A stretch of 63,763 bases of DNA, filler included, from Pelomyxa schiedti (GCA_020536535.1; 13 parts of 13 records of this genome joined end to end with filler, not necessarily neighbours in it), one strand, 5' to 3'; shown: positions 37,931 to 51,290, counted from the whole stretch's first letter. Program-made: numbers and translations. The notes: generated by a model not told the origin, from the letters alone.

Positions 37931-40900
37931 TTAGTGGAGGGCAGAGATGGCATCAAGGGCACTCATCCTGGAGGACTTGTCGGGGTGCATCATGGCAACA
38001 AGGACATCAACGAGAAGCCTGTGTGTGCCACGCTGTGACTCTGATGGCGGTGGTGGAACTGGGAACGACGTGACGAGTGCCTCCGTGGTGAATCGTGACA
38101 TGCCAAAGTTCAGATTGCTGCCAATGAACTTGTGGTCAGGTGGCAGGAGTGCATTGTAGAACGTGAGTGCGAGTGCAAACGAGTCACACTTGGAGTATGA
38201 GAACATGGTGCTTCCACCCCTGCATGCACTGTTGGTGCTGATAAGCTGGTGCAGGAGTGTGCTGAGTTCAGGTGGCGTGGTGGCGGGGGCACCCCACACT
38301 TGGGACGTGGATGAGACCATACAGTCCAGATTGGTGTTGAGGCACAACAGTCCCACGCCAAAGCCAATGACAGTGAGCTTTCTGGTTTCTGGATCAACCA
38401 AGAATTTGCCTTGTTTGAAGTTTCTGTGGGGATGTTAGTGTTGTGCCAAAGCAGTTGGTGACACACCTGTGCACAATCGAATTGGACTCAATGTGATGGA
38501 CAGCCTGGAGTGCTTGCCTGAAAAGATCCACTGTCACATCAACAGCGTCCACCGAAGCACATTTTTGGGATGAGAATTAAGAATGGAAGTTAACAGCACG
38601 CACAGGATCCAGAGTGGATAAAAATGTTGGTAATGTGACGCCACAAAAAGGCATCAGAACAACAAGTGTCTTATTGAGAGCAAGTTCACGGTACACACTT
38701 GCTTCTCTTGGGATTGCCTCCACAAAATCCGCTGGGAGCCTGACAGATGCATTGAGTAACATTCAACACGAAAGGGGAGAAACCTTGGGATGACCATTGC
38801 ACCCAACGGGTGAATTACATTTGGGTGAAGAGACATCTGTGACAGAATCATGCACTCAGTCATGTACCTCTGCCTCAGAAGTGTGTCACTTTCTGTGCTT
38901 TCCCAGTTGAACAGTACTCTCATGACCATCTTCTTGTCCATAGTGTTTCTTTTGTATTGCACCTGGATGGCAACACTGGTGGAACCAATTCCAAGGAGCT
39001 TTTCACAGGTGAACTCTGAAATATCTGCGGAGATAAGTGCTGCCATTGTGCCAACGCATTGCTGTTGAGAGGAATTTAGGCATAGTGCCTTTTAGACAGC
39101 ACAGAAAACCTGGTGTCTTCTCACGTCTGCGTCATATTTATTTTGCAACGCTCTCTTCTCATCTTGAAGCTGTTGTGCCAGCCTCTGTGCCTAATTTTTC
39201 GGTGTAATGCAATTATTCATCAACAATGTGTAATGAATGAACACACCTCCCTTGTTCGTTTTTCCTCTGCCTCCAGGAGCACCGTGTTGTTTCGTTTCAG
39301 TGTTTCAATTTCCTGTGAAAAAACCTTGGTTGAGTGTTTTCTAGTCNNNNNNNNNNNNNNNNNNNNNNNNNNNNNNNNNNNNNNNNNNNNTTAATTAATT
39401 AANNNNNNNNNNNNNNNNNNNNNNNNNNNNNNNNNNNNNNNNNNNNGTTGTTGTTTTGAGAACTTTGGCAGAAGGTGCTTCTTCATTTGCGAGAAGGCAC
39501 ATTTCAACGTGTTCAACAATCTGTTGAAATGAAAATCAGCTTGAACTCACAGAGGAGGGGAGAGATTGTGGTGGTTTTTCGGAGTTTTTTACCTGAGTGG
39601 TTGGAACCTCCTGGGCACAGATTGGGCACGTTTCAGTCTTGGATAAAACAGAACGCAGTGTTGAGGACGGAGTGTGAATTTCCATTGCCTTCAGCTTTGG
39701 AGGTGTCTCCTTGGGAGGTGGCTCTCCCCCTGTGCAATTGGCAGCGTGTTGTTCAATCTACATTCATTGTTTGAGGCGAGAATATAAAAAAAAGAAGAAG
39801 GAGAGGAAGGAGAACGGAACCTTTGATGGGAGGAACTGTTGGAAGCACATCGGACAATCAACCAACACAGGTGATGGATCATCAACTTTCACTGGCTTTG
39901 GGACCGTTGCTGCTGTTGGTGTCACTGCCGGCGTTGGTGTTGTTGATGAGATGCTGTTTGGTTTTGGGGGGAGGATGGTGGTCGTGGTTGTGGTGGTGGG
40001 GGTCTTTGGAGAGTCAACCTCACTGCCCGTCTGCTGCTGCTGCTTGATCAATGGTTGCAGTTCTTTCGAGTTTGCTCCAATTGACTCGGGTGATTTGATT
40101 GATGATGAAGAGGAGGATGCAGCGAGGGCGGAAAGGGTGGATGGAGGAACCATTGCCATCAGGGACTTGAGCATTTCCTCTTGTTTCTTGAGAATGTCGC
40201 CCCAGCTTGAATCACCCTTTGGAGTACCTTGGGAGGGAAACAGTGAGTGTGTTGTGAAACGAAGAAAGGATGAAACTTGTTGAAGGAGCAACAGTTGTCT
40301 TGGAGTCCGTTGGAGATGAATCTGACGGTGCTGGCACAAATTGCACCCCCTTCGCGTCTGGGTGTTGAACAGGAGCATTGGGTGTTGAAGTTGGAGTTGG
40401 AGATGCAGTTGTAGCTGGAACGAGAGCGGGGGTTGGTTTCAAAGTCTCCAAAGGTGTTGGAGTTGGAGTTGGAGTTGGAGTTGGGATGGGAGAGGGAGCA
40501 GGAGCGGGGGTTGGTTTCAAAGTCTCCAAAGGTGTTGTTGTGACTGGAGTTGACACCACAGGAGTGATATTTACATGGGTCGATGGTGTTGGTGACAGTG
40601 GAGGAGCTTTGATTTCTGTTGGTTTCGGAGCAGTTTCCTTGGCAGGAGCCTCTCCTCCGGTGCAATTGGCAGCATGTTGCTCAATCTGAATTTTTTTTCA
40701 TTGTTTTATGTTGTTGACACACATCGCCAAGATGAGGACAAAAAAAAAGGAAAAGAGGAAGAAGAACCTTTGATGGGAGGAATTGTTGGAAACACATCGG
40801 ACAATCAACCAACTCAGCCTTTGGATCCTCAACTTTCACTGGACTTGTTTTCTCCACTGGTTTTGGGGCCGTTGGTGTTGTTGGAGCGGAAGGTTTTGGA

Positions 40901-41389
40901 GGTGAAAGGGGGATGGTGGTGACCTTTGGAGGGGCATCATCACCGGTCTGTTGCTTGATCAATGGAGATGCATCAGTTGTTGATGATAATGGTATCAACA
41001 GCATCTCCTTTCCATCTGGATGTTGAACTGGAGTAATAATAACAGGTGATTGAAATGTCGGTGGTGCAACTTTCATTATTTCCGGAGGAGGAATTGTCAC
41101 TGGTGCTTCAGAAACTGGAGTTGAGGGTGTTATATGTGTTTGCGGTGGTGTGGTGGGTGTTATTGGAGCTGCCGGGGGTATTGGTACAGTGGAAATTTCT
41201 TGTGGGGCAATAGTTGTGGTGCAAAGTTGTTGACTCTCGGGAGTCAAGTCAATTAAAGGAGGAATTGTTGTGGTGGAGGAGCTTTGTGGTGGTTGTGAGG
41301 TTGCGGTGATGAAAGGTGTTCTGCTTGTACTGTCCACTACAGAAGTAACTAATTAATTCAGTTATAACTGTGGGATTGTAACTTGGACA
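37931..41389 (-). CDS. Pro/Thr-rich protein with three UBZ4-type zinc fingers, coiled coil and degenerate kinase domain; spans a gap
   Basis: CPMCFQQFLPSK|IEQHAANC (twice) and CPICAQEVPTTQ|IVEHVEMC. The kinase has LLGIGSTS, MVMR, HPNVIH, IVHR|NFK and VIGFG. Continuity across gap 39347-39446 and the start codon are inferred. Confidence 0.7.
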
Positions 41390-42228
41390 TAATTTTTTAA
41401 TAAATAAATGGCAGACAAATAACCTCTCGTCCCGAGTGTCGCCCATAACTGGCTTTTATTTTTTTCCAATGTCAGGAATTTGTTTTCGTTTGTTACTATT
41501 AAACCAACTCAATACACCATCATAGCACAGATTGTAGACACACAATGTTGTGCGGAAGGCGATCCTTGAGTGCCCTCATCGTTCATTAATCAACAACTAC
41601 CCCCGTCCCTTGTCAGTCAGATCCACACAACAACGATTGGACAGCGCCTTTTCGTCAAAGATTTACGGTTTTGATACTTGAGTGCCGGTCACTTCCGGTC
41701 CATCATCGCTTTTCACATAAACAAATTGAAGTCGGAATCAACAGTTTGTTGGTGCTGTGTGTTTCTGCACAAGACAGAGAGTATTTGTGTTTTACTCATG
41801 TGCCTGGATTCTCTGGAACGCAGCCCTGCGGCCTTCAGAGGTTCCTGTGCAGAAATAAAAATTGTGAAATGTGGTAGAGACACATAGAGAATGAGTATGT
41901 GGGGTGAGAGTATACCTAGGACAGGTTTTAAAACAGCACGGAGTTCCCTCTTGAGGGCACCACGGCTGCCGGGAACTTTGCTGTCAGGGCAACACAGGTC
42001 CTGGTTCGCACAATAATGGTAAATAAACGCCTGTTGTTGTTNNNNNNNNNNNNNNNNNNNNNNNNNNNNNNNNNNNNNNNNNNNNTTAATTAATTAANNN
42101 NNNNNNNNNNNNNNNNNNNNNNNNNNNNNNNNNNNNNNNNNACCGTTCCCGAAATCCCCAGCATGTTGGCCCAAATGTGGAACTTCCCAACCTAGTTTCC
42201 ACTGTTGCTGAAGGATTGGTCATTTATC

Positions 42229-44732
42229 TCAAACCACTGGAGGAGCAACGAACTGGCCTTCAAAGAGGATGTTGATTCTGTTCTGGATTGGAGAACGGCA
42301 ATGTGGGCACCTCTTCACAATACCTGCACACTGTACGTGTGTGAGATGTTTTCTTGCAAGAAAGACGAAATACCTCAGAACAGCAGACACAGTGGCCACA
42401 AGGATGAAACTGTGTGTCCTGTGGCCTCTCCTCACACACCATGCAAAAAACATTCCCTCCTTGTTGAGCTGGAACACCAGAGGAAGTGCAACCTGGCTGT
42501 GTTGCCATTGTTGTTGCCTTTATGCCAGATGTGGTTGATGATGCGCACTTGGACAACGTGACATCCATGACAGCCTGTTGAGCACGAGGGAGCAACTCAG
42601 AGAGCTGAGACCACGCATAAGGGTGTGACATGAACTGCTCTTCACCCTCAAGCCCTCGCATCACCATGTTCTTGTGCTTGTGTTCCTCGTTGAGCCTCTG
42701 GCATATCTCAAGGAGTTCCTCAATTTCCTTGTTGAGCCTCTGACCCAGTGCTGCTTGTGTGTTGCACTCCTTGTGTAACACAGTGTGCTGGTCAATGACT
42801 TTGAGGCAGCTGTCAAAGTTGCATCCTCCTTGAGTAAGCAACAACACTGTGTCAGTTGTGATCTCTCGCAACAGCAAAGCAAAAGGGCCAGAGGTGGAGG
42901 AAGGTGGAGGAGGTTCCAGAGATTTCAGAAGCAACCATGGTTTGAGAGTCATCATGTTGTTGATGTCTGTATGGGTGTTTGAGATTTTATCAGTTGAAGA
43001 ATGGGTAAAGTACTTGGCTGACATTTTACCTTTGGAGGGAATTGATTGTGCTCCTTGTGGTTCTTCTTCAATGTTCCCTGATGACGATGGCTTGACTTCC
43101 AGAAGCTTCTTCATCAATGAGGAGATGTTCCTTGAGCACTGCTGTACCTCGGACTCACTGCTCTGAACTGTCAATTTGTGCCCAAGAATCTCCTTGCACC
43201 TTGTGTCTGACTCCTCAACTCCTTTTTCAAGTGCGTCCCTCAGAGTTGCCATGTCCCTCAAGTTAACGTCAAGTGCTTTGTTCCTCTCTGTGGCACTTTC
43301 AAGGAACTGGTTCAGTTCAGAAGCTGATTCCTCAAGTGAGACCAACAGAGGTGCCGCTTTTTTCAACTGTGATCGTAACTTGGTGGCCATCTTGAATGCT
43401 GTGGACAACTCACAAAGTGCCTCTGATGGCCTTTGTTGTTGATTTGTTTCATTTGCAGCACCGTGGTGGAGAAGTCGCTCACCTTCTTCCTCTTCAACTT
43501 GCTTGGTTTCGAGTGGTTGTTGTGTGAGTGTTATGACAAGAGAGCAGTAAAAATACCTTGATACGTTGGCTGTGGCCCAACTGTGGCAGTGACGATCCCA
43601 TCACGTGTAAAGAAGCGCCATCAGCTCCGTGGAATGTGTTGCCTCTCAGACTCCCCTTCCACTCGCTGTTTTCACCCCAACGCACCAAAGAGTCTTCATC
43701 CTTGGACTTGGAGGATAGTAGTGAGAGTGACGATAGTGACAGGGATAAGGATGACATAACCCCCTCACCACAGCATCTCCTCAGTTCGGCACCCCCAGGT
43801 TGTTGTTCAGCAACTTCTTCTGTGAATGTGCCAGTGAACTTGTCACCGTTTGGCCACTCCATTGTTCCCTTGACAGGGACTCCCCTCTCCCACACACCAG
43901 TGAATGATGACCCATCCCTGGCCCACCTCTTCGTCCCATTACCGTGCTCCTTGTCATCCTCCCATGATCCCTGATACCTGTCACCGTTTGACCACACCCT
44001 CACACCCTCCCCATGAAACTCTCCATCCTTCATGCCACCCACGTAGCTCCCTCCTGGGTCGTTGTGGCATGTGCTGTGGTCACCAATGAGCATCCTCCCT
44101 TTACCACTCATCTCATCACCGTGGTCCCACTCACCACACCAGATTGTTCCTGTTTCTGGTGACCTCCACATTCCATGCCCGTGCATCTGGTCGTTGTTCC
44201 ACTCACCCTCGTACACAGTCACCATCAGACCTGTACACCGAGGTGGGGGCTTCGGGGCTTTGGCGACCTCCTCGGTGTATGATCTCCCATCATCGCCCTT
44301 TACCATCTCCTTCTTCCTCCACACTGCCCATCCATGCATCTTGTAGCTTTTTGCACCGGCATCCCACATCCACTCGCCCTCCTTCACGTTGACGCCGTTT
44401 GGGTCGTGCCACGCTCCCCTGCTCCAGAACCCGTCGCGCCACAGGCCCTCGTACCACCCACGGTCTGGTGTGTGGCTCACGCCCCACCCGTCCTCGCACC
44501 CGTTGTTCCACTCCCCGTCGTACGTGCTACCGTCTGGCCGCGTGCGCAACCCGCGCCCGTGCATCTTGCCGTCGCTCCATTCGCCGTCGTAGGTGTGCTG
44601 GCCGTCCTCCCCCTGCACTGTGACCTTGCCCTTGCCGTCGCGCTTGTTGTTGACGAGACGCCCTGTGTACACACCACCAATGTCGGGTTGCTTCGCGTTG
44701 TCAACAAATACGACGCGTGCTCCTGAGAACAT
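42229..44732 (-). CDS. MORN-repeat / coiled-coil / RING (C3HC4) protein
   Basis: Many YxGEW..G.MHG.G MORN repeats, an in-frame splice into a coiled-coil exon, and CMVCEERPQDTQFHPCGHCVCC|..CAGIVKRCPHCRSPI. Confidence 0.9.
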
Positions 44733-44807
44733 TTTTGGGGCTGCCCAAACTTTTTCGGTACCCGATCAAAAAACGAGTGTTGATTTTAGAGCAACCGAGG
44801 GACGGGA

Positions 44808-44876
44808 GTACACCGGGGGGCAAGTCAAGTGAGAAAAACAGAATTTTTTAGTGAGCAAGGCAGGGTGAAGCGGCCC
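44808..44876 (-). promoter_or_regulatory. ~70-bp upstream element shared with 53427-53495
   Basis: GTACACCGGGG..GCAAGTC..TGAGAAAAACAGAATTTTT.AGTGAG....GTGAAGCGGCCC occurs at both places, each just 5' of a minus-strand start codon. Confidence 0.55.
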
Positions 44877-45029
44877 GATTTTGCCGGGATTTGTTGATGT
44901 TTTGTGCCGCGGGGCGGTTGGCGCGGCGCNNNNNNNNNNNNNNNNNNNNNNNNNNNNNNNNNNNNNNNNNNNNTTAATTAATTAANNNNNNNNNNNNNNN
45001 NNNNNNNNNNNNNNNNNNNNNNNNNNNNN

Positions 45030-45232
45030 CAACAAACCAAAAACACAAACAACTAATTGGAGATAAGTAATCAAAGAGAAAGGAAAGGTTGCACAAGGAT
45101 AATGCACTGTAACAATACAAAAATTTACCTTGCACTTGTTTGGTGTGAGGGCAGCTGTTTTTTCACAAGGGTCCACATATGTTCTTCACAAAACAAAAAA
45201 AAATTTCCCCTTAGAAATACCAACTGTCCACC
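45030..45232. repeat. Dispersed ~200-bp repeat, copy 2 (inverted relative to 6271-6469)
   Basis: Direct sequence match. Confidence 0.9.
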
Positions 45233-45548
45233 TCAACCACAAAACCACACCATCACACACCAGAAAACATGTTTTTTTGGACAGTGAGGCATTTCACACA
45301 GTGCTTTTGCACCCACACCTCAATTTTCACCTTGACACCACTCACTTCATCCATATTGATTGGATTCACAACACATGTTCCCTTGTGCTGCCTTTCACTT
45401 GTGCCTTGAAACAACACCAGAAGCATTCCTGTTCTATTATTCATGCTTTTTCCATGGGACAAATCTCACAGTACACCCAAGACTCATGTTGGTGCAGACA
45501 TCATTAGCTGTATCACAGCCTTGGTTGATTTCTATGATCTGGTTGTGG

Positions 45549-45820
45549 GACGAGACGGGACAGAACGCTCGTGCTCCTGTCTTTCGCGGAGCTCCTCCGC
45601 CGCCTCCGCCGCTTTGCCCTGCTGCCGCTCAGCAGCAACCAGTTGGGCCCCACGTTTGCCTGCAGCTTAGGAAGCACCGGATCTTGTGTCTGGTGTGGTA
45701 TCGCTGTCCGCTTGACCTGTGGCACTTTCCATTTCCCGAGACGTGACGAAACGGGACGGAACGCTCGTGCTCCTGTCTTTCGCGGAGCTCCTCCGCCGCC
45801 TCCGCCGCTTTGCCCTGCTG
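45549..45820 (+). repeat. Direct repeat of ~75 bp, two copies about 196 bp apart
   Basis: GAACGCTCGTGCTCCTGTCTTTCGCGGAGCTCCTCCGCCGCCTCCGCCGCTTTGCCCTGCTG occurs at ~45563 and ~45759. Confidence 0.9.
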
Positions 45821-46132
45821 TGTTGCAATAACAATTACCTTTTTTTTACAAAAACAGCAGTGTCATTTTTGTACGATTTTAAAGCCAATAAAGGTCAAGA
45901 GTCATTGAGACACTGATTGAATGCCAAAGATATGGTCTTATATCAGAACAATGCAAGGTTCGTTGCAACCTTTGATCCCAGGTGATGGTACTGTTTCCTC
46001 CCACAAAAACGCTGGTTTTTATATGTAACAGTACTTATGGGAAGGGTTTCCCTCATTACAAACACTGTTCTTTGACTCTGTGTGCATTAAAAATTTTTGG
46101 GGCTTCACCTCATAAAGGTAAAAAGTCGGCCC

Positions 46133-48050
46133 TTAACCTTTCAGGCTGGACCTTAAAAATCTCCCCCATAAACGGAAACGTGGGGAGTAGCACTTGTTGC
46201 TGCACGTGAAGGGTAACCATACATACATCACAATAGTGAGTAGCATTCGACCTTATACCTCTCCACAGGCAGTACATACACCTCCGCTCTCGTTCTCGTG
46301 GTAGGCCCATTTGATTGTGGGATAAAGGATTGATATATGTGTGGGCACCGATCTGGCCTGATCAGTTGTGGGGAAAGCAAGGGAATTGAATCCTTGTGGA
46401 CTGTAGATAGAAATCTGCTTGGCTGCAGCAGTAAACTAGTGGGCAGATATACTTTGCAGCAATAGCAAGGAGGACCTTCAAACTCAGATGAGAAAAAAGT
46501 AGAAAAACTAACACTCGCATTGAACAAGAAGTCCTTTATTTAGATTCATGCAGCATTTATTCACAGCACATAAGATCGCTCTGGCAAGAGAAGAGCCAAA
46601 CATTAAAAAACACCGCAAGCACTTCTTTGTACACTTCACACTGCGATACCGGGAGGTGTACCTTTGTGTAAAAAAATGAAAGTAAATTTGCATACAGGAG
46701 AAGGGACATGGACTCAACTGATCATTGACATCAACATTGTGATAGTGCAAGCGGTCATGCCGCACAATAAGTGGCATAAGTTCTACACCTACCTTAAAGG
46801 CCTTTAATCATCCAAAGATATGTCCCATTGGTACATCTCTATTTACATTTGGTTTGTATTTATTTATTGTTTTATTGGCGTTTTATTCACCAGTTACAGC
46901 TGTTGAGACTATTGATAACATCTTTTTTTGTGTTGGGAATTGCTGACCTCAATGGGTATTTTCTGAGGAGAATTGCATACTTAAGGGGAAGAGCGAGATG
47001 AACAACCTGGGGTTCATCTGATGAACAACCCCCTGAGAATCTGCAGCAACTCATACACCAAGTCTGCATTTTCTAGAGTACCGACTCGGAAAAAAAAAAA
47101 AGAGTAACAACGACAGCAATAAAATTCGAACTGTGTAATGTAAGGAATTATATTGCAGCAAGTGGAGCCATACCAAGAACGGGATGACGCATAGAATTCA
47201 CTCAAACTGGAAGGAGAATACCCATGCTACTTGCCGTAACGAGGAGACAGTTCACAATAATTCTGAACGAATTTGCAAGCCATACCAAGTCACTTTATAT
47301 CCTGGGATTGATTCCTGTTGGGCAAAGTCAGACATAGGAATTGCAACCATCCTGGACATACCACAAGGCTTTCTGACTCGTGTAGTCATCACTTTTTGGT
47401 CAGGATCACCCTGATTCCATCAGCACCAGTAGTTCTTCACATCTGAACAGCTGAAGGAATGAGTTAGACTCTTACGTCATTCCACCAATGTCCAGTCAAT
47501 ATTTCTGCCAGAGACAACTCAATGCACCAATATAAGTTTAGCCAGCTTTTGCGATACGAAAACAAATTCGTAGTATACCTGGAGCTTAGTCTCATCTCTG
47601 TTGTGTTGTTGTTGATATGCAGCTGTAAACATTCAGTTCATTAAAGAATAATTGTGATCGCCTTGTCATCACGTGCCATTCTGTAAATTTACAGATGAAG
47701 TTTCAGACGGTGAACATGCCAGTTGTTGTAAGCATCTCCTCGTTGTTGATGGACTCGGCCTATCGGTAACCATGGATGCCGGGTACAGCAAAGGTGATTG
47801 TGAACCACAACGATGACGGTCATTGGGTGACTGATGCGCACAAATACCCAAGATCACCTCCCCAGGTGAGTGTTTGAGGCACTGGCCCTGCCATTGGTGC
47901 GGCATGTGAGGAAGCTGTATCCACAGAGGACCAACCTCTTGGAAACATGGAGACAGGCAGAAGAGAGCAAAAGGACAACAGTTCTGGGAAGAGCACAAAG
48001 ACCATCAATTGGCACCGCCGCATCAACATAAAGAGCAACCCGCCACAGCA
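46133..48050 (-). mobile_element. piggyBac-like transposase locus B; degenerate, homologous to locus A
   Basis: PLIVRHDRLHYHNVDVNDQL, YTSRYR..., YITQFEFY, LVYELLQIL and Cys-rich RRCMYC...ATHYCDVCMVTLH. A candidate terminus TTAA-CCTTT lies at 46133. Frameshifts and stops are present. Confidence 0.7.
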
Positions 48051-50727
48051 ATGCATACCACTGGCAACATAATATTTACACATATAGCCACAGAGCCGGA
48101 AACAAAAAACCAGGCATTCAATCTTTTGTGTCTGATTGCAATAAATAAATCCAAGGCAAGCTCTGAGGAAGTAAATATACCTGGCAGTTGCCAAGCACCG
48201 TCAGCTCAGCAGTGAGAGCACTGAGAGTGATCCAGCAGTAGTGCTATTACGAAAGCCAGAAACAAGAATACTGAGAGGTGAACAAGGCATCATTTCCAAT
48301 CATATGTAATGCACATGCTATGAACAGCCAATGGCACTTGAGAAGCTGCAACTGGATCATTGGCAACACCAAGGCAATGGCAACCGATGGGCAGAACCAG
48401 AAGCTGATTCAGCAGAACCCAAGTAGAACTGCTGAAGTGGGATCTTTGATTTCAAAACAAGAGAGCAACACCTAAAATCGGATTAGAAGAATGCAATCGA
48501 CACAGTGTGCCCATATTTGGGTGCATTCTTGGCTGAGAGAAGCCAAAGCCCAAAGCGATAGTGCTGTAAAGCCACTGAGCTGGCTGAGAGTAGGTGGGGG
48601 GGAAAAAACCCCCAATGGAACTGACAATAACAATAAAAAAAAAACCCTGAATGTGTGTGTGGAAAGGGAGTGTGAGAGGCAAACATAAAGAAAATTGCGA
48701 GTTGGGAAATATTCACCTTGTTGTCTCCGCACCCAAAATGCCATGGGTTGGAAGTTTCCAAAAGGTGAAGAGGAAGAGAGGAGGGGATGATTGGCAAGTG
48801 GAAGGAACAGTGAACCACAAGTAGTACGTGCACGAAAGTGTCCCCTTCCTTATCCAAATTTTTCGTTTTTGGTGGATCTCTGGCGGTTTCGGTAGCCCCC
48901 GCCACAAGCCGCTTCCCCCCACACTCTTTCTTTCCTTCCCCTTTTCTGGTTCAGTGCCACCACACAACCTGGCCTTTTTTTTGTGTGGTGGGGAAGGTGA
49001 GTGAGTGGAGATCATCATCATCATACTTTGCGTTGCTGGTGGCCAAAGCCATGGCAAATGTGCAATGTGCACAGATATCAGCAAGCAGAGTCTGATCAAG
49101 GTCACATAAAGTGGAAAAAAGAAAAGAAAAAATCAGCTGTGGAATTTTCTTGCTGCTTGTCTCTGTATCCTCTCCTGCTCTTTCTTCCACTGAGTGTAAT
49201 TTTTTTGGGATCTATGTGCGTTTAAATGCTTTATATTATAACGGAAGGCAAAGACCTTGGTGATGATTTCGGAAATGAGCTGGCAGTTATGAGGCTCCTG
49301 ATGTTGCTGCCTCACTAAATCATCGCCGCTGTCTCGCTCGCAGCCTCACCTTATCCCCAGTGATGCCACTGTATCCACTCCCGATGTTGTTGTGTTGCAT
49401 CAAACCTGGCTCTGTCGCTCCCCAACGTCGCCTTTGCACTCTTAACGTTGTAGAAGTACAGTGAGAATGCTGCCGGGCAGTATGGTGAAGGAACCAGCAA
49501 AGCGGAAGAGGATGGAATGGAGGAAAAAAAAAAACCGAAACGAAAAGAAAAACAACAACAACAAACCCTTGTTTCTCCTGTCTGTGCCCCACCACATGAC
49601 AACTTTTTTTTTTGCCTTTTTACGTGTCGAACGAAACGAAAACGAATCCGATTTTGCCAATAAATTGGCCGAATAAAATAATCAACAGACCGGAACGCTG
49701 TCCTTCTCGTTATCATCGCTCAGGATCGGCGGTCTGGTGTTTTTTTTATTCAGCCAATTGATGACTACCGCGAGGGGAGACAACGTCACAAGCCATGGGA
49801 CTGCGCATTCTTTCCCACACAATGAAACATAGGTGCTTATGCTATTAATTATTACTATTGTAACCAGCAATAACTGGTTAATAAAACGCCAATATAAGCC
49901 AATAAAACAACAAATAAATAAAAATAATATAAAACAAATAAATAAAAAAAAAGCATAGCTTCGCAGCTTTGTCTTGGACGAAACGAAACAGGGTCTTCCC
50001 CGGCATTGCATACACCACATCGTTTCTGCATTTCTGGCACCTCGTGGCGCTGCTGTGTTGCTTCTTTTTCTTCTTCTTGTTTGGCCTCACAGACTTTTTA
50101 TCAGATGTGGAATTTCCAGCTGAGATATTCTGTCTGCCGGCTCCATGTTGGCCATGTGATTGGATACCGACGCTGGCACCGACTGAGACAAGGAGGTGAT
50201 GGCCACGGCAGAGAGAAGGGTGCACCTGGTGTTGCCGATTCGTTCTGCCAGTTGTTAGGATGGCTGCATGCTCATTGCAGTGATTGGTCTGGATGATCTC
50301 CTTGCGCATCTGGCTTGCAGCTGTCTTGGATGAAGAGAATGAACATGAATTGTTCCAGGTATATGCTTCCATTTGCAATAGATGCTTCCTTACTCATGGT
50401 GAAGGTAGAAAACTGCTGTTGTTGCCAACTGCTCCTGGCTTGTGCAAGCTTGAATGTTCTAGCATGCTTTGATCTGTGCTGCATGTGCTTCTTGCGTTTT
50501 GCCAAATCAGGTTCTGCTTGTATGCGTTGGTGCGCCTCAGAATGTTCTTGCTCATGGCGGTCCTAGAGCAAGTGCTAGATTGCCAGGGACTTAAGGGTAT
50601 AACTTTTTTTTTTTGCCTGAAGTCGATTTTCGACTTAGGCTTGTACATAGTGTGAGGTGAGGTGGTGAGAGTGAGTGTGAGGAATTCGGCCCAGTCTGGT
50701 ACCTAGTACTTTGAGTTGGAGGGATAT

Positions 50728-50997
50728 ACGTTGGCGGTTGCCATCTGGGCAGCTGTAAAAAAAAAAGCTACATACCACTGTGCCAGTATAAGAAAAACCT
50801 AGCCATCACCCTCCTCCGTGATCAACACCAACTTTTTCTCAGTCTTTCCTCAGGAAAAGTTGGTTTTAGATGCGGAGGAGCATTGCAGCTTGGGATTATA
50901 GCCACCACGTCCGGCACCTAAATTATCCTACGTGAGAAAACGAAGAAAGAAGAAGCCACATACTGCCGGAAAGCGGAGACTTCTAATACAGGTTGAA
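50728..50997 (+). repeat. Repeat family copy 1 (also 53670-53950 and 53980-54275), with an ~80-bp interruption
   Basis: Shared core GCACCTAAATTATCCTACGTGAGAAAACGAAGAAAGAAGAAGCCACATA and CTACATACCAC. Confidence 0.85.
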
Positions 50998-51290
50998 AGC
51001 GGCGTAAAAACTGGTGTAATGTGGAGCATTTCAAAGTGGCACTGCTTTGAGCATTCTCAAATCGGGCACAACAGAGAGGCTGTCACGGTTGTACTCTACA
51101 AAATAATTAAAATAAAATAAGATATGCGGAAAGAACAAACCTGCAGGCAGACTCTCTTGCTCTTTGGCAAAGGTGCTTACATCAAATAATNNNNNNNNNN
51201 NNNNNNNNNNNNNNNNNNNNNNNNNNNNNNNNNNTTAATTAATTAANNNNNNNNNNNNNNNNNNNNNNNNNNNNNNNNNNNNNNNNNNNN

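Noticed and set aside
45549-45820. CRISPR-like array
   Set aside because: Only two ~75-bp copies, no cas genes, and a eukaryotic context.
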